A DNA stretch of 60,424 nt, counting the filler, from Bipalium vagum (lineage: Eukaryota): the NCBI GenBank assembly GCA_037834085.1. It is 3 parts of 3 records of this genome, joined end to end, with 100 filler letters (N's around TTAATTAATTAA, not from the genome) between each part and the next. Parts side by side here need not be neighbours in the genome. Positions count along the whole stretch, not along the records: positions 1 to 16,396 come from JBBMKC010113207.1; positions 16,497 to 37,706 come from JBBMKC010240416.1; 1 more part is not named here. One strand, given 5' to 3'. A program made the position numbers and the translations under genes. Each line of letters starts with the position of its first letter. Positions within the stretch are counted from its first letter, which is position 1. The notes beneath the pieces are model-generated. The model made no database searches, was not told the origin of the DNA, and saw nothing but the letters and a program-made list of their open reading frames with translations. Positions 13,901 to 31,362 of the stretch are shown one piece after another.

Positions 13901-14658
13901 AATGTACATATATCTAAAATTTATTTTACTGTTCTTATTACAGTTTCCAAAAAGTGATTAAAAATTTTAAGGTTGAATAAATTCAATAAATATTTAAGAT
14001 CAATACCTTATAAATTCAAAACAAATTGCAAATTACTTTTATATTAATCAAACAAACTTACAAATATGATATTAAAATAACCAATGACTTATTCCTTAAC
14101 CTGATAATTGATTAATTATGACGAATAGGTAAGATTGAACTTTTAATGTTATCTATTAATTTATTTTTATTATGTTTTTTTCAAAATAAAATGTATTTAA
14201 TTAACTTAAATATTTTTTTATTTTAAATTTAAAGTAATTTATTAACTAATCAAAATATTTAATAATTTGATATAATTTATTTTTCAATAACAAAATATTT
14301 TTTTATATTTTTAATAATATAATTTTTTTTATTATTTATAAAACTTATATTAAACATTTTTTTATTCTTTATACCAATAAATATAATAATTTTATTAATA
14401 ATTTTATTTATTTATTCATTGAATATATTCAACACACATTTATCGTTCGTGATTATAAGAAATATTTCATAATATATTATAAACGCCATATTTATTAAAA
14501 TAAATATTAATATATGAATATATCTATATTGATTTTCCTGTAACTTTGTCACATAAAAAGAAATATATCATTTATAAAATCCATACTGTCTCTACACTGA
14601 GAGGGAATAAGGGTAGGTAAAGGATAAAAAAGATGGACCCTCCTTACGTTCCGCCGTA

Positions 14659-16345
14659 CTACGCGATTTTGATAAAGGGACTGACGACATGCTTTTCGTG
14701 TTTAATAACAATGGGTAGGTCGAGATCTGACAAAGACTGATCCTGATCTCTCTGAAGCACGCCAAACCCTCTGTTGATGAAAACATCATAATGGTTCAAT
14801 AGCAAGCTATTCTGAGAAACTGTTTTACTGAGATGATTGGAAAAAAACCCTGATGATATATTGGCTGAAGAAACCTTTCCCGAATTCGGCACCCATGGAT
14901 CGAGATCATTAATGAGCTCATGGGTCTTGTTCCCATCACAATTGTGAACATTTCTACATTCATCTGTTGGATTTGGTTTCGCTTTCTCCACCTTCGTTTC
15001 TTCATCTATGACAAGCGTCAATCCGCATTCCTTAACCGGTCGATAACTGGAGTCCCGGTTGATGATGGTAAACGACTGGAACTTGGAAATGTCGATTCCA
15101 ACGAAACGTAACAGTCGACCCCATATTTTGTACATGGACTCTCTGATCGGCTCATTGAGCCAACCGTAAAGAAACGGATTGACCACTGCCGAGCCCATGG
15201 CCCACAGTTTCAGGATCAAATCAACGGGCTTCAATATATTGCCCTTGATGAATTCATGGTTGTCTTTGTAAGCGGGCTTTTGAGCAATGTTTTGCGTGAT
15301 ATTTGCTATTGCGTTTTTCAGACTGACGGATACGGAATACGTAGAAAAGATAGGCGTGACAGTGGACGACGCAATCGTGTTATTGATCCTGTTGGACTGC
15401 CAGTCCCGAGAACAAATGATGGCCTTCAGGGGCATGGTTTTCGGCTTCTTCTGAATGTAACCTTGAATCTCCAGCAGTAGGGAAAAAATACACCAAGGCG
15501 CCCAACAGATGGCAAAGAGGATGATGACCAGAATGAGGATCTTGTTCGTTCTCTTTTTTCTCTCCACCTCTTTCTGTTTGAAAACCCGTCGACGGTTCAA
15601 ACAGACATAAATATGAAAATACAAAACCGCCGACACCAGCAGGGGTACGAAGAAAAGCAAGCAGAAAATGACGGCCGAATAAATCAGTCTCGTCGTTTTC
15701 GTGGGCCACGTTTCGATACAGTACGTTGGGATCTGGTTGCCCTTCTGATCGGTTTTCAACAGGAACTCCATATGATCCAGCTCTTTGAGATCCGTATAGA
15801 TGGCCACGGGTATGGCATTGACGATGCTGAAAAATATAATCGATATCAACAGCAGAACGGCGTTCTTTTTCGACATTCTCCGGCTGAGGGGATACACGAT
15901 CATCCTGTGCCTGTCAATGGCAATGAGAAGAATGGTTAAACATGAAATATAGAGCGGCAGGCCGAAGCTGGAAAACAATATTCGACACATGCTAGAGCTC
16001 AAATTGCTGGTCTCACTTATTTCGTAGTACGCTTGAATGGGCATGTTCACGCTACAGAGGAAAATGTCCGACATTGCCAAACAGAATATATAAATGTTGG
16101 TGATGTTAGACAATGCTCTGTGTTGGAGCAGCGCAATTACCACAGCGACGTTGAATACGATTCCAATCAAGCTGAAAGTTGTATAAAAAAAAATTAGGCT
16201 GTAGAACACTTCGCTGATTCTGTGAGCTGAGAATTTGGGCTTTATGTAATATTGAGCTAAACGGATGATCAAAGATGCTGCGTTCTCAACAATCTCTCGA
16301 TCCAGATGGATTTTTGCCTTATCTGGCGGCTGGCAGTTCAGCAGT
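14659..16345 (-). CDS. Rhodopsin-class neuropeptide GPCR, NPY/NPF(sNPF/PrRP)-receptor-like; large 3' exon, first exon missing
   Basis: Seven TM segments with NITNIYIFCLAMSD (TM2), IAIDRH (DRY variant), CIETWP (ECL2), FAICWAP and AMGSAVVNPFLYGWLN. The frame stays open upstream of 16272 to a TTGCAG acceptor, with the exon starting at 16345. Confidence 0.92.
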
Positions 16346-16360
16346 CTGCAATAATAATGC

Positions 16361-16396
<36 letters not shown>

Positions 16397-16496
16397 NNNN
16401 NNNNNNNNNNNNNNNNNNNNNNNNNNNNNNNNNNNNNNNNTTAATTAATTAANNNNNNNNNNNNNNNNNNNNNNNNNNNNNNNNNNNNNNNNNNNN
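16397..16496. other. Artificial contig-joining spacer N44-TTAATTAATTAA-N44
   Basis: Exactly 100 nt, with a palindromic six-frame stop linker; identical to 37707-37806. Confidence 0.9.
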
Positions 16497-16519
16497 ATTT
16501 TTCACCTAGGCGCCATTGC

Positions 16520-16585
16520 CAAAATTATTTTTCGTAATAACCGATTTTTTGTAATATCCGGATTCGTAATAACGAGGTTAAACTG
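16520..16585. mobile_element. Terminal end of a Tigger/pogo-like element
   Basis: TCGTAATAAC is repeated and the end CGTAATAACGAGGTTAAACTG-TA resembles Tigger TIRs. Confidence 0.55.
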
Positions 16586-17846
16586 TACTTCAAAAATTGC
16601 AATAGTTTTATATTTAAGACTGTATAAGGTAAGGGAGCCCTCGCTGACCATGAAGCAGCATCGCGATGGAAGGTAGAAAATTTACATCATTTCTTCAATC
16701 GTTATGCCGCATGAGATGTGTACAATAAAAATGAATTTGCTCAGTTTTTTTACTGTTTGCCGAACAAGACTCCAGCTGTGATGAGCGGTCCGTTAGTGAT
16801 TGATGATTTTGTCATTAATCATTAATGCGTATTTGTTATTCACCATTTTTTCTTGTTTAAATCAACAATACACAACTGTTTCATTTAAATTTATAAATTT
16901 ATGTTGTCTTTCATTTAAACTCATAAATGCAATTTTATGTAGTTTTCATTAATTTAAACAAACCCAGCTATAAAGATAAAATTCTCAGTTCCTCGACATT
17001 CGTTAGTGTATGTGATCTTAACTACAAATTATTTTGTAATAAGTAACTTAAACTTGTTTGTCGCCCTACATCATAAACTAGAAAAAAATTAGTATTTTTA
17101 TGAATATTCTCCTATGATTTATATCTAACGCATCAATCGTGAATTAAATTTAAATTAATTATTATTATTTTGTTACTTTTTTATAATCCTAATGAATCAA
17201 AAGTATAAATATATTATCTGTTATCTCTATTAATATGCGATATTGATAATTTTAATTATTCAATGCGCTTGCAATAGTGAATCTAAAATTAACAAAATAA
17301 TATTACAGTTCTCTCAAAAATGAAAGTCAATGATTTCAAACAATGTCGAATAATTTTCACAGTTTGCTTAGTTTTATTGGAATTTATTTCAGAGAATATG
17401 GCTCACCTTTTTTATATTAGGAAACGAACATGTCAATTAATCGATATCTTATTTGAATCGTTACATTTAAATGAAAAATAAATTTACGATTTATCTTATT
17501 TATTTGAGAATTAATAATCAACTTTCCCGTCAATGATAATAGTAATAATAATAATTATTATTATTACAATAATAATCCATAATAATTATAATAAAGCAAT
17601 AATGTTCATAAATATTTATAATCAATAATAATCTAATATTCAATTGATAATAGTATTAAAAATATTAATTAAGATTATAAAAAAATCAATAAGCTAGACA
17701 TTTTTTGAATGTTGTTGATTTTGTTGTATCGAAAAAAAAATCACTCCTGGCAGATGTAACGGAGTTACATGGATTAGCAGTAGGACAGAAGACGGAAATG
17801 GAAAATAAGCGTCCACAATAGGAAATCAAATTTTAATACTTTATCA

Positions 17847-23050
<5,204 letters not shown>

Positions 23051-24346
23051 TTGAAAAGAATTAAGTTTTTATTTACCTAAATATTAATTTAATTAGGTAA
23101 AACAAATATATTCCTAATTAAGGTAATTTAGTTTTAATTACTAATAATTTATAAATATTAACTTCATAAGTTTTTATTAAACATTTCTAGATTTAAATAT
23201 ACATTTTCATTCTTCTTTCAATATAACATAGCTATTGTAAAATTAAAATATTATTGTAAATTAAATTCTTTAACTCATCAAATGTATTTGTGATCAATTT
23301 TTTACTTTTAACAAAAAATGTTAAATATTAAAATATTAAAAAATCATTTAAAATATTTTTCGATTGAAATTCCTTAAACGGTACACATATATTAGTAATA
23401 TTAAATTTTTATAACTTCGAATTTTGAAACTAAATTAAAATTGGAAAGTTAACTTTGATATTCGATCGCAAAGGGGAAAAAACTTATTATTAATTTTAAA
23501 ATGACTCAGATTCATTTGGGTTTTTATATTTACAAAAATTATTTTTGACATTTGTGAATATACAACTTAAGATTTCCTTAAGAATCAGTCGCATTTTACT
23601 TTTACTATTGTTCTGTCAGACACTCAACTCATGGTTCAGACGATAGAAACTCTGTTTCTAACCGCTGAAATATTATAACTAAAAAATAGATCAATTGAGT
23701 GTTGAGTTCTCTTATCGACTTCTATAAATTTGTAGATTCACAACTCAGATGACCTAAGCTATTGATATTGCTGGTAGAGGCAGTGAACTCTGGGTTCTGG
23801 ATCGTGAGCTCAATATAAGTTCATTAATGACTCATCAAAAGGTTTTGATAAAGAATAAATGGTTGGGCGCGATGTCTACTGCCATTCTCACTCTACTACA
23901 AGATTAGATCATTTATTATTTTTAAATACTCTATTCTTATATCTCTGAATTAATGAATTTCCTTTAAAAAAGGGGATTTGAAATGATATTGTGAATTTTG
24001 TAAAAAATACATCTCTAATAAAAGTCATCGTGAAAATACGATAAGACATGAAATAAATAAATTACTAAAAACCACTATAAAAATGATTTAAAAAAAGAAA
24101 AATCAACGATAATAAAAGTACAGCATAAGAGAAATCAAAAAGTTTTTAATCTATAAGAAATCCAAGAAAAATATCCAATTTTTTTTCAAAAAACAGGGGT
24201 TGATTTACAATCAGTAATTACAAATAATAATTTTTAAATAAATTTTCAACAACAAAAATATATAGTCAGAATTAAATTTAAAATCCTTAAAACCTTTTAA
24301 TAAAACAAATGCTGTGCACCAATTTACAAGGCCTGAGATATAAGGC

Positions 24347-24348
<2 letters not shown>

Positions 24349-24384
<36 letters not shown>
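24349..24384. repeat. (TA)n microsatellite
   Basis: Perfect TA run. Confidence 0.9.
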
Positions 24385-24386
<2 letters not shown>

Positions 24387-26302
24387 ATAAATTTTTAGAA
24401 AACAATGATGAAATAATAAATAATTACAATGAAAAGGAGAATTAAATTAGGATAAACAGTTAAATCTAAGCTGCATTCACTCAATTCCTAAACAAGAACC
24501 AATTCCAATAAATATAATTGATCAACCTGTAATGAAAAAAGATGTAAGTTTTTTTTTCAAAAGTCTTACAAGATAGTCAGGTTATTGATGTTGAAATGAT
24601 AGATGAAAAAAAATATTCAAAATCCAACACAAAGTGAAAAACTTCAGTAAAATTAATAGTAAAGAGCAAGATCGCTTTAGGTTTAGGATTAGAAAGAGTT
24701 GCAAAAATATTGTTAATGAAAAAAGAATTGAAAAATTTTAATATGGCGTCCTAGGTTAATTAAATCAAATGTTTTTAAATAAATCCAATTACTTTTTAAA
24801 ATTTTTATAGTAATTTTTTTGTAATCCATTTCTAAATGATTCTTCTGATTCACTAATTTTAATTTTGAAAGTTTTAAAATTAATTATAATAAATATTTTT
24901 ATAAACACATCTAAAATTTTAATTATAAATTACAATAAAAGGTAAAATTCACATATAATATAAATTTTGCTATAAATATTAATATTATAATATATGAAAT
25001 TATTTAAATAGTAATAAGGGTTGTGGTTCAACCCGAACAATCCAATTCTGAGTCCAAAATTTTAGATTCTCTGAGAATTAGAGCACACAGAAAAATAAAC
25101 ACAAGTGATTAAGGCCATTTAAAGTCACAAAAACATACTTTTAATTTCACAATTAGAAACTTAATAAGGATTAATTAAATATAAGAATAAATCTATCACT
25201 TCAATGTAAATGAAGAGTCTCTCATATAAAAACTTTGTTTCATCAAAATAGTTCTGTAGAACTACAAAAAAAATTTAAAAACACAGGAACAAATGAAAAA
25301 CAGAATTAATTAGTTTAATCGATTAATTTGTATACAATCTTCTATATTTATTCTTATCAACAGCTTTCGCTTCTTGCTGACACCAGTTACTAAAAAATTA
25401 GCTAAAACTTTAGTTCTGATTTTAGGTAATTTCAACTCAGTATTTATATTGATTTTAAATGAATTGGCTTCTACATGATGCTCGGGCAATAATGTCATTC
25501 TATCTGAATGATGTTATTGTTACTGGTTAGATCAGAAGTCATAGATGACATCATTCATGGGACCTTAATGCCCATTGTTTCAATTTTCACTGTATGTAAG
25601 GTAATTCGCTTGAGCATTATTTTTGTCATAATTGAATCAATTAAATTGAATGAGCAACATCCAATTATTATTATTCTGACTTTTTAAAGCTCTTATTTAA
25701 TCTATTATTTTTATGGTATTCTTTATTTTTTTATAAGATCATGTCATAGATTATTTTTATAATTTAATTACTTGTTTTTAATTTTTTTATTTTATAAAGC
25801 CCTAGGCCAAATTCATTTAATTTAATTATAAAATTATTTATACTCTCATCAAACAAATAATTCCTCAAGACAAGATTGGAATTATTGAGTCACAAAAATG
25901 AAAATTACTTTTTCATCTGAAATATAAAAATTATCAGCGACATAAAAATTAAAATTTTAAAAAGCAATTAAATAAAATTGTTAAAACAATGTTCAATCAC
26001 TGATATCAAAATGAATGTCATATTTATAATTCGTTGCTTCTGGAGGCTTCTCTTTAAGCTCCTCTATAATTCCACCAACAGATGATGTTGATAGAATATG
26101 CTATTCCAAAATCAAGTACTCTTTCTCTATCAAGAATGACTGTCGCTATTAATATCTACCTCTTTGGAATCCATAACAATATGTCGTAATTTTATTATAA
26201 GATAAACAAATGTACAATATTTAAAGAATTTTCATCAAATTATGGGATTTTAATATATCAACTTTTAAAAATACTTTTTAATTTTAATTAGATATAAATA
26301 TG

Positions 26303-26969
26303 CACTTAAACATCGTTATAGAGGACCTCGTTATAAGGAATACCTCTTTTTAAGGAAAACTTTGAGTGAAATATTTTTTTACGAAAATTGACTAGGAAAA
26401 TTAAGCTATTTCCTTTATATAAGGGATCCTTTTTATAACAGCAAGCTTTTATCAATTTGTAAATTTTTAATATTTACTTAAAAACGCTTTCAACTGAAAT
26501 TGTTTAAATAATAATATTTGTTAGTGAAGATATTGATTTTGATGAAGATATTCAACCACGTGAAGAGCTTAACACTGAAAATATTGTGGAACTTATCAAA
26601 TCAAGTAATTCTATGTTTTCAGACGAGGAATGTACGGAAGAAACACCAGATATACCGACTAAGAAAGATGTCACAGCCTCTCTTGATACTATTAAGAGAT
26701 TTATATCATCGAATGAAACATCAAGTAATGAAAATATCTTGAATAAATTCATGAAGAATAAAAATTTTTCATGAAATTCTTGAATAAATTCATGAAGAGA
26801 GATTTGTATCCTAAAATGATACAAAGACACTTTGATTTTTTTAAAAAAATGTAATTTTAAAATTTCTTATTGATTACATACTTTTTGTATGTATGTAATC
26901 GAAATCCCCAGTTTTAAGAAACAGACATTTTAAATTTCCCAACATATCCCTTATAACTAAGTCTGACTG
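26303..26969 (+). mobile_element. Internally deleted Tigger/pogo element
   Basis: Ends CACTTAAACATCGTTATA and TTATAACTAAGTCTGACTG-TA, with repeated GTTATAA motifs. It retains a Tigger-like C-terminus (DIDFDEDIQPREELNTENIVELIK..SDEE..PTKKDVTASLDTIKRF..QRHFDF). Confidence 0.7.
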
Positions 26970-27576
26970 TACGTAACATTATTAATTTACTAAATTTATT
27001 CTTCTAATTTATTAATTTACATTAACTTAAATTCTATAATAAATTAATTAGAACATTAAATTAACTTTCAAGATACTTTTAAGAAGTTTATAAACAATAA
27101 TTAATTTCTAAAATGCAATATGATTTTTAACCTTTTTTTAAAATGATAGTTAAAAGAGGCTGATCAGACCATAGGAATTTTTATTTTTAAAATCATATTT
27201 ATATTTATTGTAAATAATTTATTTGTTTATATTTGATATATTGCTTACTAGATATGGATTTAGTAGAAAAGTATGAGCAAACCGCAAAGCCCAATGGATA
27301 TGAGAGCAGGTTAAAGCTATCTTTCTCTAAACCAAAGGAAATGATGGAATTGTTAAGTTATCGCAGAGAGTCAGACAGGGTGGAACATTGCAAAGAATTA
27401 TTGCACGATCCCGAACCCAATATTTAGTTTGAGTTTTTTAAATTAGATATTATAAATATTTATATATAACAACTAAAATTTTTATTATAATTTGTAGTAA
27501 AAGAAAGAATTTAGATATATTATATATTTAAAATAATAATATTATAATATGAATAATTATTTACATAATAAAAGTA

Positions 27577-28839
27577 TAGTGTTGTGCATTAAAAACAATC
27601 GAAAGTAAAACATGAAAACTCTGGAAAAAACCATAAATATTCTTTTTTATTTATTAAACATAGTCATTAAAATATGGAGATTTATGCAGAATTTAGCTAT
27701 TTGAATATAATATTGGTAAGATGGCCTCCATTGAGATTTATGCAAGTTCTGCATCTTGCCAAAAAGCTATTCATTACCACTGTGAGCATTTCTTTTGAAA
27801 TCTTGCGGATTGCATCTCTGATGTTGCGCGGGTTGGTTTGATAGACCTTGTCCTTGCAATACCCCCACAAAAAGAAATCCGGAGCTATCAAGTCTGGCGA
27901 TCTGGGTGGCCATCTGAAATTGGGATTTCGCGAGAGAATGCAATCAGAGAAAATCGTCTTCAAGTATTTCATGATGATCTTTTTGATGTGCGGTGTTGCT
28001 CTATCTTGTTGAAATCATGTCGAACGATTATATATACGACGCAGACGCAATTCTGGCACAAAAAATTGCTGTAACATCTTCAGATAACTCTCTCCAGTGA
28101 CATTTGCACTTTTACCTTGCATTTCGAATAAATAAGGACCAATGACACACTTGGACTATAATACACACCATACATTTTCGTGGATAATGGGTTTTTTATC
28201 TTCCCAATAAAGAAAAATTTTGTTTACTCACATTTTCGTTAAGATCAAAATGTGCATCATCAGACATGAACAATTGGTTTAACAAGGTCCCATCCTCATC
28301 CACCATACTGATCATCTTTTCGCAGAACTGGAGACGCAAACGGTAGTCAGTTTGGTCTAATTTACTTACTATTTGCATTTTATATGCAAATAAATGCAAA
28401 CCATAATTTAAAATGCGTTGAACATTTCATCTACTGATATTGAGTTCACAAGATAGTCTGTGTGTTGATAATCTCTGATTTGTTTCAAATGCCGCGTCTA
28501 ATGCAACAAGGTTGTCAGCAGTTCATATGGGACAATTTCTTTTTCTTGGCATAACATAAACATTACCCTCACGTTAGAAATGATTAATCACACGATTAAT
28601 GATTGTTGTACTCTGTGTCTTCCATTTATATTCCCATCTGAGTGCTCGCCGGACCAAAATTAGAGAATGAAATTCATAAGACAATTTAATTATTTTAATT
28701 TTGATTTCTGGATCCATAATTAGAATGATTTAAATTCCCACACTGTACTTATAACAAAATGAAACATTAAAACAAATATGCCTGCATTAGAATAAAGTTA
28801 TCAATCATTACTTTCGAACGTTTAAAATGCGCCACCCTA
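27577..28839 (-). mobile_element. Near full-length rosa/Visitor (DD41D) Tc1/mariner element with disrupted transposase (28717-27697)
   Basis: Imperfect TIRs TAGTGTTGTGCATTAAAAACAATCGAAAGTAA / TAGGGTGGCGCATTTTAAACGTTCGAAAGTAA with TA flanks. Motifs FMSDDAHF, IGPYLF, FQQD and WPPRSPDLIAPDFFLWG, with 41 residues between the second and third catalytic Asp. Confidence 0.9.
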
Positions 28840-29247
28840 TAGATAATGAAAGGTTGTGAAACAACCCAAACCTAGAAGTTTAATTTAAAAGCTTCAGATG
28901 TTCTTATGAAGTTTCAGAAGTGTGGCATCTGAAAGATAAGTCAAAATTTGAAATTATATTGTCATACAGTGATTCAAAGAATTTGAAGCCTGTTTATATT
29001 ACATTTTCACTATAGTTTTCATGATTAACTTTAATTTGAAAAGTACTTTTAATAATAATATTTTTATTAAAACATAACTTTTGACTTAAATATTATTTAT
29101 TTGAATTTATTATTATTTGGCTTCACCAAGAAAATACTATTGTAATACTTCAATAAATTATATGGTACATTAAGTACTTAAAAAGTGATATTTGAAAATA
29201 TCACTTGGTATTTTCAAGGTGATGTTGAACACATTCCTCTGTGGCTT

Positions 29248-30090
29248 TTACAGTATGAAACTCAAACAACACTGGCAGAAATAGAATAAAGTTAAAACAC
29301 CGTAAGCTGTTCCAACAACTAATAAGGCTTTTGAAGCAATAGTAATAATTTTTGTTAATACTTTTATATAGTCTTTTAGAAGGGAGATACACCGTTGTGC
29401 ATGTAAATTCAAATCTGGATTTTCTTTCGTCAGTCCTTCAGTAATATTATAAACATCCGAAGGTCGGCAACTACTAGGCATAAAATCATCATCGTCACGA
29501 CAGCATTGATTCTTTGTCAAAATACCGATTATTAAATCGGACATTGAGAGATCCTTTGGTTGGGTTAAAAAATTATAAATGGCAAGGGTTGAATTGCTCT
29601 GACATAAGTTACACTGACTCTCATCAAAAATAGATAGAATGTAATCGGAGACCTTAGTTAATATCATTTCTTCGCCTACCTGGGTCATTTGAGACCCAAC
29701 GAAAATTGTTCCACCCGAAATAAATCCGAGAGAGATGATGCAAATCATATATATAAATTTTATTCGAAGTATGATAACAATGACTGTAAACCACAAAATG
29801 AAGATTGACAAGACTCCGAGGATGATCATTAGTATGGGCAGATTATGAATAGAATAAATATTCATACTGGAGAATTTTTTGAGATTAAATATATTAAACT
29901 GGTGGTCTGAAATGTTCACTTCGTCATAAATGTCTATTAGTATTGGAACGTCCCTGTTTCCTCTCAAAAGAAATCCAAAGCCGATAATTGTCAGTGCGGT
30001 TAAGGACAACATTATCGACATGAATATTATGAATATCATTGAGAGACATGAGCAAAATGGAATTAATGAACCACCAAAAAGGAAAAGCAT
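29248..30090 (-). CDS. Divergent tetraspanin-like four-TM protein, intronless (280 aa)
   Basis: Hydrophobic TM1, TM2/3 hairpin and TM4. The large EC2 carries CC (QCCRD), PSSC and a final Cys (QRCISLLKDYI), the tetraspanin Cys pattern. Confidence 0.75.
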   Translation of the reverse strand: MLFLFGGSLIPFCSCLSMIFIIFMSIMLSLTALTIIGFGFLLRGNRDVPILIDIYDEVNISDHQFNIFNLKKFSSMNIYSIHNLPILMIILGVLSIFILWFTVIVIILRIKFIYMICIISLGFISGGTIFVGSQMTQVGEEMILTKVSDYILSIFDESQCNLCQSNSTLAIYNFLTQPKDLSMSDLIIGILTKNQCCRDDDDFMPSSCRPSDVYNITEGLTKENPDLNLHAQRCISLLKDYIKVLTKIITIASKALLVVGTAYGVLTLFYFCQCCLSFIL

Positions 30091-30951
30091 TTCTTTTCTC
30101 TTAATAAATAAATATTTTATTGATTACGGTTTGATTTCCTTTAATCATTACATTTTCGAATTTAATCAATAACTTCTTTCTATGAAAGCAGAAAGAATAA
30201 TCTAATAATAATAATAATGATAAAAAAGATTTGATAATCTTTGCAAATCACCATGAAATCAACTTCGGTCTCAGTTCTGATATTGATGATTTTTCAAATA
30301 TACGTGGGAGGAGTCACATCAGATCAGGCGAAAAAATACCTCTAGATTTAATTAGTATTTTCACTTAATAATAATATAATTTGGTGAGGCTGCCGACGTG
30401 ATTCGTAGAAATCTCAGTGGTGATAAAAAAGAGTAAAATTGATATTTATTTTTTCCCCTAATTCGTGAGTTCATTTGTTGAAAAAGTGCTGTTGTAAGCA
30501 TCTCTTTGTTGGAAAAAAAAGGTTTAGAAATTTTGTTTTTGTAGTAAAGTGTCAATTTGCGATTTTTGGAAATTTTTTTGGTGGTAAAAGAATTGAATTG
30601 AGTGTATGAAAATGTATTTTCAAAAAATGTTATCCTTTTATGTTCAGTGTGATATAAAGGCTTGTGTAATTTTTGTTTTTTCTTTAGTCTGATTAAAGGG
30701 AAAAAGAAAGTCTAGTGTAGTAGAATCATAGAAAATAGTGTAAAACATAATTGAGAAGTAGAGAAGAAGATAGAATATCTGATAAGTCTAGCAGAGATAA
30801 GTCAGTTGAAGGTAGTTGTGTACTTAAAACAAATAAAGTTTTTAATATTGCTTTAAAATATACATTCTTTTCATTAAAAATATTACTTACCTTTAATATC
30901 AATCTTTGTCCTCAAATAGCTGACGCACCTTGTATTTATTCAGAAAAAAGC

Positions 30952-31250
30952 ATGGATAAATTAGCAATCCGTATATTTCTGAAACATTAATGGAAGCAGA
31001 ATTTCAGAGAAGATGCTGCAAAGAAAATATGTGAAGTTGAAGACGAAAAATCAGTGTCCATAATAACTGCTCAAAAGTGGTTCAAAAAATTCAACAAGGG
31101 TGACATGGATCTCAATGATTATCCTCGCAATGGACGTCTCACCACTGTAGATTCAAAGCTATTCTCACAGCGTAGAAATGAATCCATCAAATAGTACGTG
31201 TAGATTGTCGGCATAGACCGGAACATCACAACCATTCGTGGCTCGTAGAT
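30952..31250 (+). mobile_element. Mariner 5' fragment
   Basis: MDKLAIRIFLKH..DAAKKICEVE..TAQKWFKKFNKGDMDLNDYPRNGR. Confidence 0.8.
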
Positions 31251-31362
31251 GCAAAAATAAAATTACTCTTTTTAAAACTATTTATTTCAGAATTAATTTT
31301 AAATCCAGGATTAGAATTAAAATTATTAAAAAATTTGAAGATGAGAAACCTATAAATATATA

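Noticed and set aside
14592-15939. Several ORFs overlapping the GPCR on both strands
   Set aside because: Shadow frames of GC-richer coding sequence with no independent motifs.
16441-16452. TTAATTAATTAA as a biological palindrome or piggyBac site
   Set aside because: Centred in exact 44-N flanks twice, so it is an artificial linker.
26737-26798. 21-bp direct repeat TCTTGAATAAATTCATGAAGA as CRISPR-like
   Set aside because: Only two copies, inside a Tigger relic in a eukaryote; a local duplication.
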